Source: Malacoraja senta (lineage: Eukaryota). From it: DNA of 64,000 nucleotides. A model generated the notes under the pieces. The model saw only the letters and a program-made list of their open reading frames with translations, was not told the DNA's origin and did not search any database. This document shows, piece after piece, positions 32,941-46,400 of the stretch. The stretch spans positions 1 through 64,000 of the forward strand of contig JAXLNO010000446.1 of the NCBI GenBank assembly GCA_038087875.1, written 5' to 3'. The first letter of the stretch is position 1; every line of letters starts with the position of its first letter. Position numbers and translations under genes: made by a program.

Positions 32941-34057
32941 TCAGTACGGGTGTTAGGGGTTACGGGGAGAAGGCAGGAGAATGGGGATAGGAGAGAGAGA
33001 TAGATCAGCCGTGATTGGATAGCGGACTAGACTTAATGGGCCTAATTGATGGGCCTAATTCTGCTCCAATCACGTATGAACTTATGAAGGATCCACCTTG
33101 TCATTTATCAGTCCTTTCAAACCTGGTCAAGTATTTTCCAATTGTATCTGGGTGTTGCATGAAATCAAATGGATTCATCCATTGATCCATCTACCTGCTA
33201 ATGAACGCTGAGGAAGCGAAGGGTGTCAACAAGCCTATCAGCCCACACTTTTGAAGGGTTCAAATATCACCAGGGCCTGAGCTACAGGGAGAGTGTGGAG
33301 GCCAGGACATTATTCCTTGGTGCGCAGGAGGATGTGGGGTCATTTTCGAGATGTACTAAATCATGAGGTGAGTAGTTTGGGTGAATCTTTTACCTGGAAT
33401 AGAGGAATCAAGAACTAGTGGACGTCGGTTTAAAGTGGGAGGGGAAAAATTTAATTGGAACCTGAGGGGCAACTTTTTCTCTGAGGGTGGTGGGTGTATG
33501 GAACAAGCTGCCAGAGGAGGTAGTTGAGGCTGGGACTATAACAGCTTCTGAAAGACATTTGCATGGGTACAAGGATGTGAAAGGTTTGGAGGGATATGGG
33601 ACTAATGCGGGCAAATGGGACATGTAGATGGGGCATGTTGGTCAGCATGGGCATGGGGGCTGAACGACATGTTTCCATGCTGTATGAGTCTATGATTCGG
33701 TCAAGGGAAAGCAATTTGCTGAAAGTTGCTTCTCAACACTGGTGTATGATTGCATTCCACATTCTTTACATAGCATGAGATTTATTATTTAATAATTTAT
33801 AACTTTGCTGGCTCATCCCAAATCAACAATAAATTCCATCTTTTGGAAAAGTACATGATTGGGAAATCTTTCCCTTGTTAAATCAGTCAGTTGGTAAATC
33901 GTTCCTGGTGGGTTTTGCAATTCTGGAAAACAAAAAACCATTCTTGGTATTAACAATAAGCCTGAAGAAGGGTCCCATCCCCATCCCCAAACCCACCACC
34001 TGCCCCTCCCCCCCCACCCCCCCCCCCACAGAGGCTGCCTGACCCATCAAGATTAAA

Positions 34058-34320
34058 TGGGCGGCACGGTGGTGCAGCGGTAGAGTTGCTGCCTCACAGC
34101 GCCAGAGACCCGGGTTCCATCCTGACTACAGGTGCTGTCTGTACGGAGTTTGTACGTTCTCCCCGTGACCACGGAGGTTTTCTCCGGGTGCTCCGGTTCC
34201 CAAAGACATCCAGATTTGTAGTTTTAATTGGCTTTGGTAAATTGTAAATTGATCCTCGTGTGTGTAGGATAGTGTTCGTGTACGGGGATCGCTGGTCGGC
34301 GCGGACTCGACGGGCTTGTC
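34058..34320 (+). mobile_element. HE1/V-SINE-type SINE, near full length; mirror ~41258-41522
   Basis: gggcggcacggtggtgcagcggtagag (A box) and ggttccatcc (B-box-like), followed by the V-domain. Confidence 0.88.
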
Positions 34321-35810
34321 CACAGAGAGCGATCTACTCTTGAACAGATGCTATGGGGTTATTGTTCTCAGGTTACGGAGACACATTGCTTTGCATCTAC
34401 TCCAGATAGATCGCACCACACATGAGTATATCCATGCAAAAATAGATTGAAGCCAGGGCGCAGAGTATTGTGGTGCAGTCACAGACAGAGAGAGAGTTCA
34501 CATCAATAAAAACACAATAGATTGAAGACTAGTTTTGTCCACACAAGAAGATGCAGAGGCTGGAATCATAGCCATCAGTCTGAAGAAGAATCCCAACCTG
34601 AAATGTCTTCTGTCCATTCCCTCCACAGATGCTGTACAAACATGGAACAAGCTGCTGGAGCCCGATAGAGGCAGGGACTAGCGCAACGTTGAAGAAACAT
34701 TTAGACGGGTACATGGATAGGACAGGTTTGAGGGGATATGGACCAAACGCAGGCAAGTGGGACTAGTGTAGATGGGACATGTCGGTCGGTGTGAGCTAGT
34801 TGGGCCAAAGGGCCTGTTTCCATGCTGTATGACTCCAAAGACATGCAGGTTTGTAGGATGAGTGGCTTGTGTAAATTGGATATGGGGAGAAGGCAGTAAC
34901 GGGGTACTGATTGGGGATGATCAGCCATGATTACATTGAATGGCGGTGCTGGCTCGAAGGGCCGAATGGCCTACTCCTGCACCTATTGCCTATTGTCTAT
35001 TGTCTATTGTCCCCAGTATGTAGAATAGTAGTGTGAATGGGTGATCGATGGTTAGCACGGACTAGATGGGCCGAAGGGACGCATCCGCACTAAAAAAAAT
35101 CATCATGGACATGTAGGATGCCTGAGCGATGGTTTTCATGATATCCTTGGGAATAAAATCCAAAGAAAATGAAAGATGTCTGGAAAGACTGAAAACCATT
35201 GGAATGCGATCAAAGTGAAATTCATGATGAAACTGTTGATAATATCCTTCCCCAGTGTTCAAAAACATATGACCGGAACCAAACAGGGAATAAAGTGGAA
35301 AATTCCATTCCAACAGGCAATCAAAGAGGATGATATGAAGACAGGAAATGGTGTGGATTGTCCACAGAAGGGAAAGAGATAAAGTTTCAGGTCCGTGAGC
35401 TTCAGACTTACCTCTGGAACATAGAGCAGAACAGCACAGAGACAGGCCCTTCATGCCGATACACACGCAGAGTGTCTAATAAACACGCCCATGCTGAACA
35501 CAAAGCCAAGTTAAACTCATCTCCACTGCCTGCACGTGATCCACATCCCTCCATTCCCTGTATATCCATGTACTAATATAACAGCCCCTTAAATGCCGTT
35601 ATTAGTCTCGTTTATGGTCACGTGTACCGAGGTACAGTGAAAAGCTTTTGTTCCGTGCTATCCAGTCAGCGGAAAGACAATACATGATTACAATCGAGCC
35701 GTCCACAGTGAACAGATACATGATAAAGGGAATAACGCAAGATAAAGTCCAGGAAAGTCCGATTAAAGATAGTCCGATGGTCTCCAATGAGGTGGATAGT
35801 GATTACAATC

Positions 35811-36620
35811 GAGCCGTGTACAGTGCCGTGTATAATGAGCCGTGTACAGTGAGCCGTGTACAGTGAGCTGTGTACAGTGCCGTGTACAATGAGCCGTGTA
35901 CAGTGCCGTGTATAATGAGCTGTGTACAGTGAGCCGTGTACAGTGAGCTGTGTACAGTGAGCTGTGTACAGTGAGCCATGTACAGTGCTGTGTACAGTGC
36001 GTGTACAGTGAGCCGTGTACAGTGCCGTGTACAGTGCATGTACAGTGAGCTGTATACAGTGAGCTGTGTACAGTGAGCCGTGTACAGTGAGCCGTGTACA
36101 GTGCTGTATACAGTGAGCCGTGTACAGTGCATGTACAGTGAGTTGTATACAGTGAGCCGTGTACAGTGCTGTGTACAGTGCCGTGTAGAGTGCCGTGTAC
36201 AGTGCTGTGTACAGTGCATGTACAGTGAGCTGTATACAGTGAGCCGTGTACAGTGCCGTGTACAGTGAGCCGTGTACAGTGCCGTGTACAGTGCCGTGTA
36301 CAGTGCATGTACAGTGAGCCGTGTACAGTGAGCTGCATACAGTGAGCCATGTACAGTGAGCTGTGTACAGTGAGCCGTGTACAGTGAGCTGTATACAGTG
36401 AGCCATGTACAGTGCTGTATACAGTGAGCTGTGTACAGTGCCATGTACAGTGCTGTGTACAGTGCGTGTACAGTGCGCTGTATACAGTGAGCCATGTACA
36501 GTGCTGTGTACAGTGAGCCGTGTACAGTGCCGTGTACAGTGCCGTGTACAATGAGCTGTGTACAGTGCCGTGTACAGTGAGCCGTGTACAGTGAGCTGTG
36601 TACAGTGCCGTGTACAGTGT
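35811..36620. repeat. Minisatellite of interspersed mostly 12/14-bp units (GTGTACAGTGCC / GTGTACAGTGAGCC)
   Basis: About 810 bp of variants around the palindrome TGTACA. It produces the spurious repetitive ORFs 35666..36766- etc. Confidence 0.95.
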
Positions 36621-37339
36621 ATAGATTCATGAATCAGGAATAGGAGTGGAGATTTAAGGGTGTGGAGCGATTGTAATATATGATTGTTCAATGGTCCTTT
36701 ATTGTCCAGTGTACCGAGGTACAGTGGAATTTGATTTACCATACAGTCATACCAAGACACCAACAAGATGCATGACTACATAAAGATGAAATATAAACAT
36801 CCCCCACAGCGGCGTGTGAGAATGCCCAGGGCACACAGCATAAGCGGAGACCCACACTATCAGTTCAATGTCCGGGCCACACACACGCGCACACCTTCAC
36901 CGTGATGTGACCAGTGTTGTACTGACCGCGGTCACTCTCTCTGCAGTCCCTGTCCGCCCGAACAGTCAGAAACCCGTCCACACTCGCAGCAGACTCCGGG
37001 ATGTTCTCTTGGCGCGATGTCCCCACTAACACACCGAGATCACTGCACACACGGCACTCCCTCCGAGTCCCCACCAGTGCAGGCAGCACGTCTGTCTTGT
37101 CATTCCCCACTGTGATGGAAGGCGAATCACTTTTACTTTCTTTTCTCCCGCAACGGGGCGATCGAGGCTCCCGTGACCAGGGCGGTGGAAGCTCCCGCAG
37201 TTGGAGCTCCCGTAGTCGACCCCTAACAAAGGGGCCACCAGCTCCACGATGTTAGGCCACAGTGCAGACGGAGTTTCGACACGGAAAAAGTCACATGTCC
37301 GTTGACGGAAGAGATAAAAAGTTCCCCCCAACTATCCCC

Positions 37340-37590
37340 AGGTTCCATCCTGACTACGAGTGCTGTCTGTACGGAGTTTGCACGTTCTCCCTGTGACCAC
37401 GTGGGTTTTCTCCGGGTGCTCCGGTTTCCTCCCACACTCCAAAGACGCGCAGGTTTGTAGGTTAATTGGCTTTGGTGTAAATGTAAATTGTCTCTCGCGT
37501 GTGGGACAGTGCTGGTGTATGGAGTGATTGCTGGTCAGCGCCGACTCAGTTTGCCGAAGGGCCTGTTTCCATGCTGTATTTCTAAAGTCT
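37340..37590 (+). mobile_element. HE1/V-SINE-type SINE (5' truncated)
   Basis: V-domain and gaagggcctgtttccatgctgtat tail. Confidence 0.85.
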
Positions 37591-38304
37591 ATAGACAATA
37601 GACAATAGGTGCAGGAGTAGGCCATTCGGCCCTTCGAGCCAGCACCGCCATTCAATGTGATCATGGCTGATCATCCACAATCAGTACCCCGTTCCTGCCT
37701 TCTCCCCATATCCCCTGACTCCGCTATCTTCAGAAGTCTAAAGATATTGTTATTTGCTGTCCCCTGGACTGAGTGTGCTTTCCAGAACCTGTGTGAAAAG
37801 ATTCCCATGAAACGCAAGACTGCTTCCAGTGTTGTGAAGATTGAGTACTCGACGATTGCTCTGTACCACAACTTGCTGACAGCATACGTCTTCAAATTAA
37901 CATGCTGCTGTGGAAGGCACATTCAAACCGTCTGTTTGGGCATGAACAATAACATTTGTTGTACAATTATATCAGCATTGAAGCATATTTTAAAGTGTGG
38001 TGACAATGATAAATGAAACATTACAATATTGTTGTGAACATATTGCTGGGACTCGACCCTAATGTAGCCCGGAAGCAGCTTTCTCACAGTGAGATTAAAA
38101 GTGATGAGAACTGCTAAGAATTTATTTCAATCTGTCAGTAAATTTGTCGGATGTGGGGTTAATTATATAACACAAGTAGGTAGGGTGCTGAAGAAGGAAT
38201 ATGGTATGCGTGCCTTCATAGGTCGGCTGTTGAATGTAAGTGTCAATTGGACAGGGTGCAGAGGTCACCAGTATGATACCAGGATTAGAGGGTTCAGCTA
38301 CAGG

Positions 38305-38474
<170 letters not shown>

Positions 38475-38932
38475 CTCCAGGGAACGTTGGGAGTTGAGGG
38501 GAGACTGGATAAAATGATGACAGGCACAGATAGGGTAGACAGTCAGAACCTTTTTCCTTTTTATTTAGGAAATATCAAATACTAGAGGACATAGCTTTAA
38601 GGTGAGAGAGAGAAAGTTTCAATGAGATGTGTGGGGCAGGATTGTACACAGTGTGTGGCGAGTGTGTGGAACTCGCTGCCAGGAGTGGCGGTGGAGACAG
38701 ATACAATGGCAGCATTTGAGATACTTTTGTACAGGCAGCATGCATTTGTAGAGAGTGGAGGATATGGATAGTGAGACAGATCAGCGTTGGTCTGGGCATC
38801 ATGTCTGGCACAAAGATTGTGGGCTGAAGGGCCTGACCAATGCTATACTAATCCATGTTCTAATTGTGACATCAAAGTTGTTTTCAAATGTTTAATATGA
38901 TGTGAGAATGAGGTGTCAGATTTCAGCAGTAA

Positions 38933-39145
38933 TGGGCCTGTCCCACTTACGCCACTTTTTCGTCGACTGCCGCCACCCATCATAGGTCGTTATAGGTCGC
39001 TGAAAATTCTCAACATGTTGAAAATCCAGCGGCGACCAGAACAAGGTACGACTCACCCCGCGACATGTCGCCTGTACGGTCGTGAGTCGTCTCCTCAGTC
39101 GCCCAAAGAGTCGTAGTGTCTTTCTGGTTGCCGCTGGATTTCAGT
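38933..39145 (+). mobile_element. Partial MITE of the GGGCCTGTCCCACTT family
   Basis: One TIR matching 3790. No second TIR seen. Confidence 0.55.
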
Positions 39146-39353
39146 ATGGCAGATTCATCTTATATATCTCCTGGACCACACATACTGAAGCAAGGGCTAA
39201 GAAACCACACCAACGTCTCTGCTTCCTGAGGAAGCTGAGGAAGGTCTGCATGTCCCCAACAGTTCACCAACCTCTACAACGTTTAAAAGACATCTGGACA
39301 AGAACACGGGCAGGGTAGGTTCAGAGGGTTTAGGGGAATATGGGCCAAATGCA

Positions 39354-39553
39354 GGTGACGTTTCACAGAGTGCTGGAGTAACTCAGCGGGTCAGGCAGCA
39401 TCTGTGGAGAACATGGATAGGTGACGTTTCACAGAGTGCTGGAGTAACTCAGCGGGTCAGGCAGCATCTGTGGAGAACATGGATAGGTGACGTTTCACAG
39501 AGTGCTGGAGTAACTCAGCGGGTCAGGCAGCATCTCTGGAGAACATGGATAGG
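39354..39553. repeat. 66-bp tandem array (~3 units) in the spacer
   Basis: Same unit, followed by acccttcttcagacc (minus-strand CTGAAGA core) and an inverted arm. Confidence 0.9.
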
Positions 39554-40290
39554 CATTGTTTCAGGTTGGGACCCTTCTTCAGACCCTTCATCTTTCCATG
39601 TTCTCCACAGATGCCACCTAGCCAGCTGAGTTACCACAGGACCATGTCTCTTTTTTTTCCAAAACAGCATCTGCAGTTCCTTGTGTGGATGTTACATTTA
39701 ACAGAGAAAGTTGCCACGCCCAACCATGGAATAAATATCGAGATACACCTTGTTTAATGTCCCAAATAAACCTACTCTGGACATTTGGAATGCAAGTGGG
39801 GAGGAAATAATAAATGAGGCAAAAAGTGCTGTCTCACTGGGCTGTTATTATTCAGAAATCCCGTGATCTATGGGCCTTTGTGTGTGGCTTGGTAACCATG
39901 GCATTAATAATCTGATTTGCACTTGCAGAGTTATTATTAGGTTATTGCCATTATTACTTGTCACAATACAATGTGGGGACAAATACTTACCGCAGTATTA
40001 TTTTGAAGGTGTGTTTAATTTGTTCCTTCTGGCTGACTGGTTTAGAACCTGGGGCATCATCTCTGCACTAAGGGGCAGCTAATTAAGGCTGAGATGGGAA
40101 GGAATTTTCTCTCTGCGGTGATATGACTCTTTGGAATTTACATCAAAGTGTGTTTTGGGTTGTGAGTTAAGTTTAGTTGAGTTGAGTTTATTGTCACGTG
40201 TACCGAGGTACAGTGAAATGGTTTTTGTTGCGTGTTAACCCGTCAGCGGAAAGACAATACGGGATTGCAATCAAGCTGGTCCACAGTGTA

Positions 40291-40490
40291 NNNNNNNNNN
40301 NNNNNNNNNNNNNNNNNNNNNNNNNNNNNNNNNNNNNNNNNNNNNNNNNNNNNNNNNNNNNNNNNNNNNNNNNNNNNNNNNNNNNNNNNNNNNNNNNNNN
40401 NNNNNNNNNNNNNNNNNNNNNNNNNNNNNNNNNNNNNNNNNNNNNNNNNNNNNNNNNNNNNNNNNNNNNNNNNNNNNNNNNNNNNNNNNN
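40291..40490. other. Assembly gap (200 N)
   Basis: Run of exactly 200 n, so the true size is unknown. Confidence 1.
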
Positions 40491-43400
40491 GATGCGTCCC
40501 TTCGGCCCATCTAGTCCGTGCTAACCATCGATCACCCATTCACACTACTTCTATTCTACATACTGGGGACAATAGACAATAGACAATAGGCAATAGGTGC
40601 AGGAGTAGGCCATTCGGCCCTTCGAGCCAGCACCGCCATTCAATGTAATCATGGCTGATCATCCCCAATCAGTACCCCGTTCCTGCCTTCTCCCCATATC
40701 CAATTTACACAAGCCACTCATCCTACAAACCTGCATGTCTTTGGAGTCATACAGCATGGAAACAGGCCCTTTGGCCCAACTAGCTCACACCGACCGACAA
40801 GTCCCATCTACACTAGTCCCACTTGCCTGCGTTTGGTCCATATCCCCTCAAACCTGTCCTATCCATGTACCTGTCTAAATGTTTCTTCAACGTTGCGCTA
40901 GTCCCTGCCTCTATCGGGCTCCAGCAGCTTGTTCCATGTTTGTACAGCATCTGTGGAGGGAATGGAGAGAAGACATTTCAGGTTGGGGATTCTTCTTCAG
41001 ACTGATGGCTATGATTCCAGCCTCTGCATCTTCTTGTGTGGACAAAACTAGTCTTCAATCTATTGTGTTTTTATTGATGTGAACTCTCTCTCTGTCTGTG
41101 ACTGCACCACAATACTCTGCGCCCTGGCTTCAATCTATTTTTGCATGGATATACTCATGTGTGGTGCGATCTATCTGGAGTAGATGCAAAGCAATGTGTC
41201 TCCGTAACCTGAGAACAATAACCCCATAGCATCTGTTCAAGAGTAGATTGCTCTCTGTGGACAAGCTCGTCGAGTCCGCGCCGACCAGCGATCCCCGTAC
41301 ACGAACACTATCCTACACACACGAGGATCAATTTACAATTTACCAAAGCCAATTAAAACTACAAACCTGGATGTCTTTGGGAACCGGAGCACCCGGAGAA
41401 AACCTCTGCGGTCACGGGGAGAACGTACAAACTCCGTACGGACAGCACCCATTGTCAGGATGGAACCCGGGTCTCTGGCGCTGTGAGGCAGCAACTCTAC
41501 CGCTGTGCCACCGTGCCGCCCATTTAATCTTGATGGGTCAGGCAGCCTCTGTGGGGGGGGGGGGGGGGGGAGGGGCAGGTGGTGGGTTTGGGGATGGGAC
41601 CCTTCTTCAGGCTTATTGTTAATACCAAGAATGGTTTTTTGTTTTCCAGAATTGCAAAACCCACCAGAAACGATTTACCAACTGACTGATTTAACAAGGG
41701 AAAGATTTCCCAATCATGTACTTTTCCAAAAGATGGAATTTATTGTTGATTTGGGATGAGCCAGCAAAGTTATAAATTATTAAATAATAAATCTCATGCT
41801 ATGTAAAGAATGTGGAATGCAATCATACACCAGTGTTGAGAAGCAACTTTCAGCAAATTGCTTTCCCTTGACCGAATCATAGACTCATACAGCATGGAAA
41901 CATGTCGTTCAGCCCCCATGCCCATGCTGACCAACATGCCCCATCTACACGTCCCATTTGCCCGCATTAGTCCCATATCCCTCCAAACCTTTCACATCCT
42001 TGTACCCATGCAAATGTCTTTCAGAAGCTGTTATAGTCCCAGCCTCAACTACCTCCTCTGGCAGCTTGTTCCATACACCCACCACCCTCAGAGAAAAAGT
42101 TGCCCCTCAGGTTCCAATTAAATTTTTCCCCTCCCACTTTAAACCGACGTCCACTAGTTCTTGATTCCTCTATTCCAGGTAAAAGATTCACCCAAACTAC
42201 TCACCTCATGATTTAGTACATCTCGAAAATGACCCCACATCCTCCTGCGCACCAAGGAATAATGTCCTGGCCTCCACACTCTCCCTGTAGCTCAGGCCCT
42301 GGTGATATTTGAACCCTTCAAAAGTGTGGGCTGATAGGCTTGTTGACACCCTTCGCTTCCTCAGCGTTCATTAGCAGGTAGATGGATCAATGGATGAATC
42401 CATTTGATTTCATGCAACACCCAGATACAATTGGAAAATACTTGACCAGGTTTGAAAGGACTGATAAGTGACAAGGTGGATCCTTCATAAGTTCATACGT
42501 GATTGGAGCAGAATTAGGCCCATCAATTAGGCCCATTAAGTCTAGTCCGCTATCCAATCACGGCTGATCTATCTCTCTCTCCTATCACCACTCTCCTGCC
42601 TTCTCCCCATAACCCCTAACACCCGTACTGATCATAAACATAATCATCATCATACTTTATTAGACAAGTATGTTTTGCAACATACGAGGAATTTGATTTG
42701 CCGTACAGTCATACTAATAAAAAGCAACAGAACACACAAGATACATTTTAACATGAACATCCACCACAGTGACTCCTCCACATTCCTCACTGTGATGGAA
42801 GGCAAAAAAAAAGTTCAATCTCTTCCCTTCTTTGTTCTCCCGCGGTTAGGGGCCTCGAGCCTTCCGTTGACGGGGTGACCTTGGCTCCTGTAGCCAGCGG
42901 TCAGGCCTTCTGCATCGGGGCGATCAGAATGTCCATTCTGTCCAGGCCTAGCATATTAAAGAACACTTCCCCACATAAAGCACCGGTCAAACTGTAAAAC
43001 AAGCAACTGGAATATATCAGCGAGACCAAACTCTGGCTCGGCGATTGTTTCACTGAACACTTATGCTCAGACATTTTTGTCCTGGGCCTCCTCTACTGTC
43101 AGAGTGGGGCCACGCACATAGTGGAGGAACAGCAACTTGTATTCTGCTGGGGTAGCCTACAACCTAGATGTATGAACGTCCATTCCTCTAATCTCAAGTA
43201 ACCCTTGCATTCCCGCCCTCCCCCCTCCCCCACCCTAGTCATCCTACCAATCCCACTGCTCGCATTCCTGTATTCCTTCGCAATCACCTCTTCCCCAGCC
43301 AACAATGGGCCATTGTGGGCTCCACCCTTCCTTGGTCATCTGTTGCCGGCACTGATTTGTTCTGGCCTTTCTTACCTTCAGTTCCCTCCCCTCTAATTTC

Positions 43401-46400
43401 AGTCTGGTTCCAACCCGAAACGTCACCTATCCATGTTCTCCACAGATGCTGCCTGACCCGCTGAGTTACTCCAGCACTCTGTGAAACGTCACCTATCCAT
43501 GTTCTCCACAGATGCTGCCTGACCCGCTGAGTTACTCCAGCACTCTGTGAAACGTCACCGATCCATGTTCCGGCAGCATCTATGGAGCGAAGGAAATAGG
43601 CAACGTTTCGGCCCGAAACCCTTCCGGGTTTCGGCCCGAAACGTTGCCTATTTCCTTCAGGGTTTCGGCCCGAAAGGATGCCCATTTCCTTCGCTCCACA
43701 GATGCTGCCTGACCCGCTGAGTTACTCCAGCACTCTGTGAAACTTCACCTATCCATGTTCTCCACAGATGCTGCCTGACCCGCTGAGTTACTCCAGCACT
43801 CTGTGAAACGTCACCTATCCATGTTCTCCACAGATGCTGCCTGACCCGCTGAGTTACTCCAGCACTGTGTGAAACATCACCTATCCATGTTCTCCACAGA
43901 TGCTGCCTGACCCGCTGAGTTACTCCAGCACTTTGTATCTACCTTAAACTAAAAGTCTCTTTTGATTGCTGCCACCTCAGGTCCTGAAAGCTGCAGAAGA
44001 AATGAGAACTAGCAATCAAAAGCAGTCGGAAATACCTTCCATACAAATAATCCAGAGATAATATGCTACACGCCAGATATGTTTAGTTTCCAACATCTGT
44101 CTGAAACATTGCAAGACTGCTTAAGTAAATATTATAACTGAAAGGTAACATTCTTCTCAGTTTTTTAAATTTAGTTTTAAGTTCCTCACAATTTCATTAC
44201 AGTTACTTTGCTTTGAAAATAATGGTAGGAAATATTAATATTCACTTTGAAGTCATGAACATAGAACAGGAACAGGCCCTTCGGCCCACAGTCCGTGCTG
44301 AACATGATGCCAAGTTAAACTAATCTCCTCTGCCTGCACGTGATCCATATCCCACCATTCCCTGCACTTCCACGCGCCTGTCCAAATGTCTCGAAAACGC
44401 CACTGTTGTTGCTGTCGTACATGGTAGTTCACAAATGTCAACTACGTTTCATTGTCAGAAATGCATGAAATCATAGAGTCTTACAGCATGGAAGCAGCCC
44501 AACTTGTCCACGCCGACCAACATGTCCCATCTACACTGAAGATAGTCACAAAAGGGAGTAACTCAGCAGGACAGGCAGCATCTCTGGAGAGAAGGGATGG
44601 CTGACGTTTCGGGTCGAGATCCTTCTTCAGACTGAAGATCTGGTCCCACCTGCCTGCGTTTGGCTCATATCCCTTCAAACATGTCCTATCCATGCACCTG
44701 TCCAAATGTCTTATAAATGTTGTGATATTACCTGCCTCGTCTACCTCCTCTGGCAGCTTGTTCCATACACCCACCACCCTCTGTGTGAAAAAGTTTCCTA
44801 TTAGATCTTTTCCCTCTCAAATGAAGCCAGTGTGCTCTGGTTTGTGATGGGCAGTGTGTTGTGTAGTTGGAGTGGGGTGATGAGCATTGCCAAAGCACAA
44901 CGTGGGTCAGGCAGCATCCATGGAGGCAATGCTGCCACAGTACTTGAGTTGGACTTCATGTATAGTATTATCTGATCTGTTTGGATAAAACAAAGCATTT
45001 CACGTTACCTCAGTACACATGACTATAATACATGCAAACCTAAAGCCAGCTAGACAATGTTGCAGGCTGGGACCCTTCTACACACTCATCGTCTGCTCTG
45101 CAGTTTCCCGTGTCTGTAAACATTTCCAGCACTGAAGCATGTGGCGAGATAAACAGACGCATTTTGTGTATTTGTTTAAGAAAGAACTGCAGATGCTGGA
45201 AAAATCGAAGGTAGACAAAAATTCTGGAGAAACCCAGCGGGTGAGGCAGCATCTATGGAGCGAAGGACATAGGTGACGTTTCGGTTCAAGACCCTTCTTC
45301 ATTTGGTATATTCATCTGTTTATCTAGGATGGAAATATCAAAGTCTAGAGGGCCAAGCGTTAAAGTGAGAGGGGAAAAGTGGAATGGGGTTGTCTCACAC
45401 AGAGATTGAGAGTCCAGGGGTGGTGGTCGAGGCAGATATGGTGTCCAACAGGCTTTGAGATAGGCACATAGATAGGCAGGGAATGGAGGGATATGGATCA
45501 CGTGCAGGCAGAGGAGATTAGTTCATCTTGGCATCGTGTTCAGCACGGACATTGTGGGCAGAAGGGCCTGATCCTGTGCAGTATAATAAACCTTTGTAAT
45601 AACGGACGATATGATGGTGTCAAATAATGGCAGATGCTGGTCAATAAACAAAAGGGCACAGAATGCTGGAGTAACTCAGCGGGTCAGGCAGCATCAGCAC
45701 TCTGTGAAACGTCACCTATCCATGTTCTCCACAGATGCTGCCTGACCTGCTGAGTTACTCCAGCACTCTGTGAAACGTCACCTATCCATGTTCCGGCAGC
45801 ATCTATAGAGCGAAGGAAATAGGCAACGTTTCGGCCCGAAACCCTTCCGGGTTTCGGCCCAAAACGTTGCCTGTTTCCTTCAGGGTTTCGGCCCGAAAGG
45901 TTGCCCATTTGCTTCGCTCCACAGATGCTGCCTGACCCGCTGAGTTACTCCAGCACTCTGTGAAACGTCACCTATCCATGTTCTCCACAGATGCTGCCCC
46001 TGACCCGCTGAGTTACTCCAGCACTCATGTCCCTTTTTCCATCTTCGGTATAAAGCAGCATCTGCAGTTCCTTTCTACACATCTACTGATTCATTGCTGT
46101 CATTGGAAAGTACGGAGGCAGCTGGCAGTCAATTTAAAACGTGAGTCAGTTGTCTGGGTGCAGGGACTGCGACTGTCTGCTTCAGATTCTGAATGGATGT
46201 TCTATTGAATTGACCGAGGGGAGTGAGCATCATGTGTGATTAATCACGTTGATAGTTTAAAACAAAAGGTAGCCAGCAGCCCTGGCAGTTTCAGCAGGGC
46301 CCGGTCCCAAGGGTAATGACATTAAACGCCAACTCTGACTGGATTAGAGACGGAATTCACTTCCGTTTCTCGCAGAATGAGGCAACTCACTGGAACCGCA

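Larger units (their letters stand above)
2590..35085 (+). repeat. Left arm of giant inverted duplication
   Basis: 35031-35085 is the reverse complement of sequence starting at 40491. About 2590-2620 is the reverse complement of the window end. Dozens of ORFs recur on the opposite strand in mirrored order (e.g. 4652..4843- vs 61748..61939+; 33596+ vs 41794-). Confidence 0.97.

Noticed and set aside
34058..34130. tRNA-like sequence with A/B boxes
   Set aside because: It is the tRNA-derived head of a SINE, followed by the V-domain, not a tRNA gene.
35090..35390. Purine-rich unique stretch with ORFs 35176..35382+ and 35062..35466-
   Set aside because: No recognisable domain and no convincing splice sites. 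An exon or pseudogene cannot be supported without a search.
35666..36766. Long His/Cys/Thr-rich ORFs on the minus strand
   Set aside because: All three frames are open across a stop-free minisatellite, so these are translation artefacts.
40198..40582. ORFs spanning the gap
   Set aside because: Open only because of the N run.
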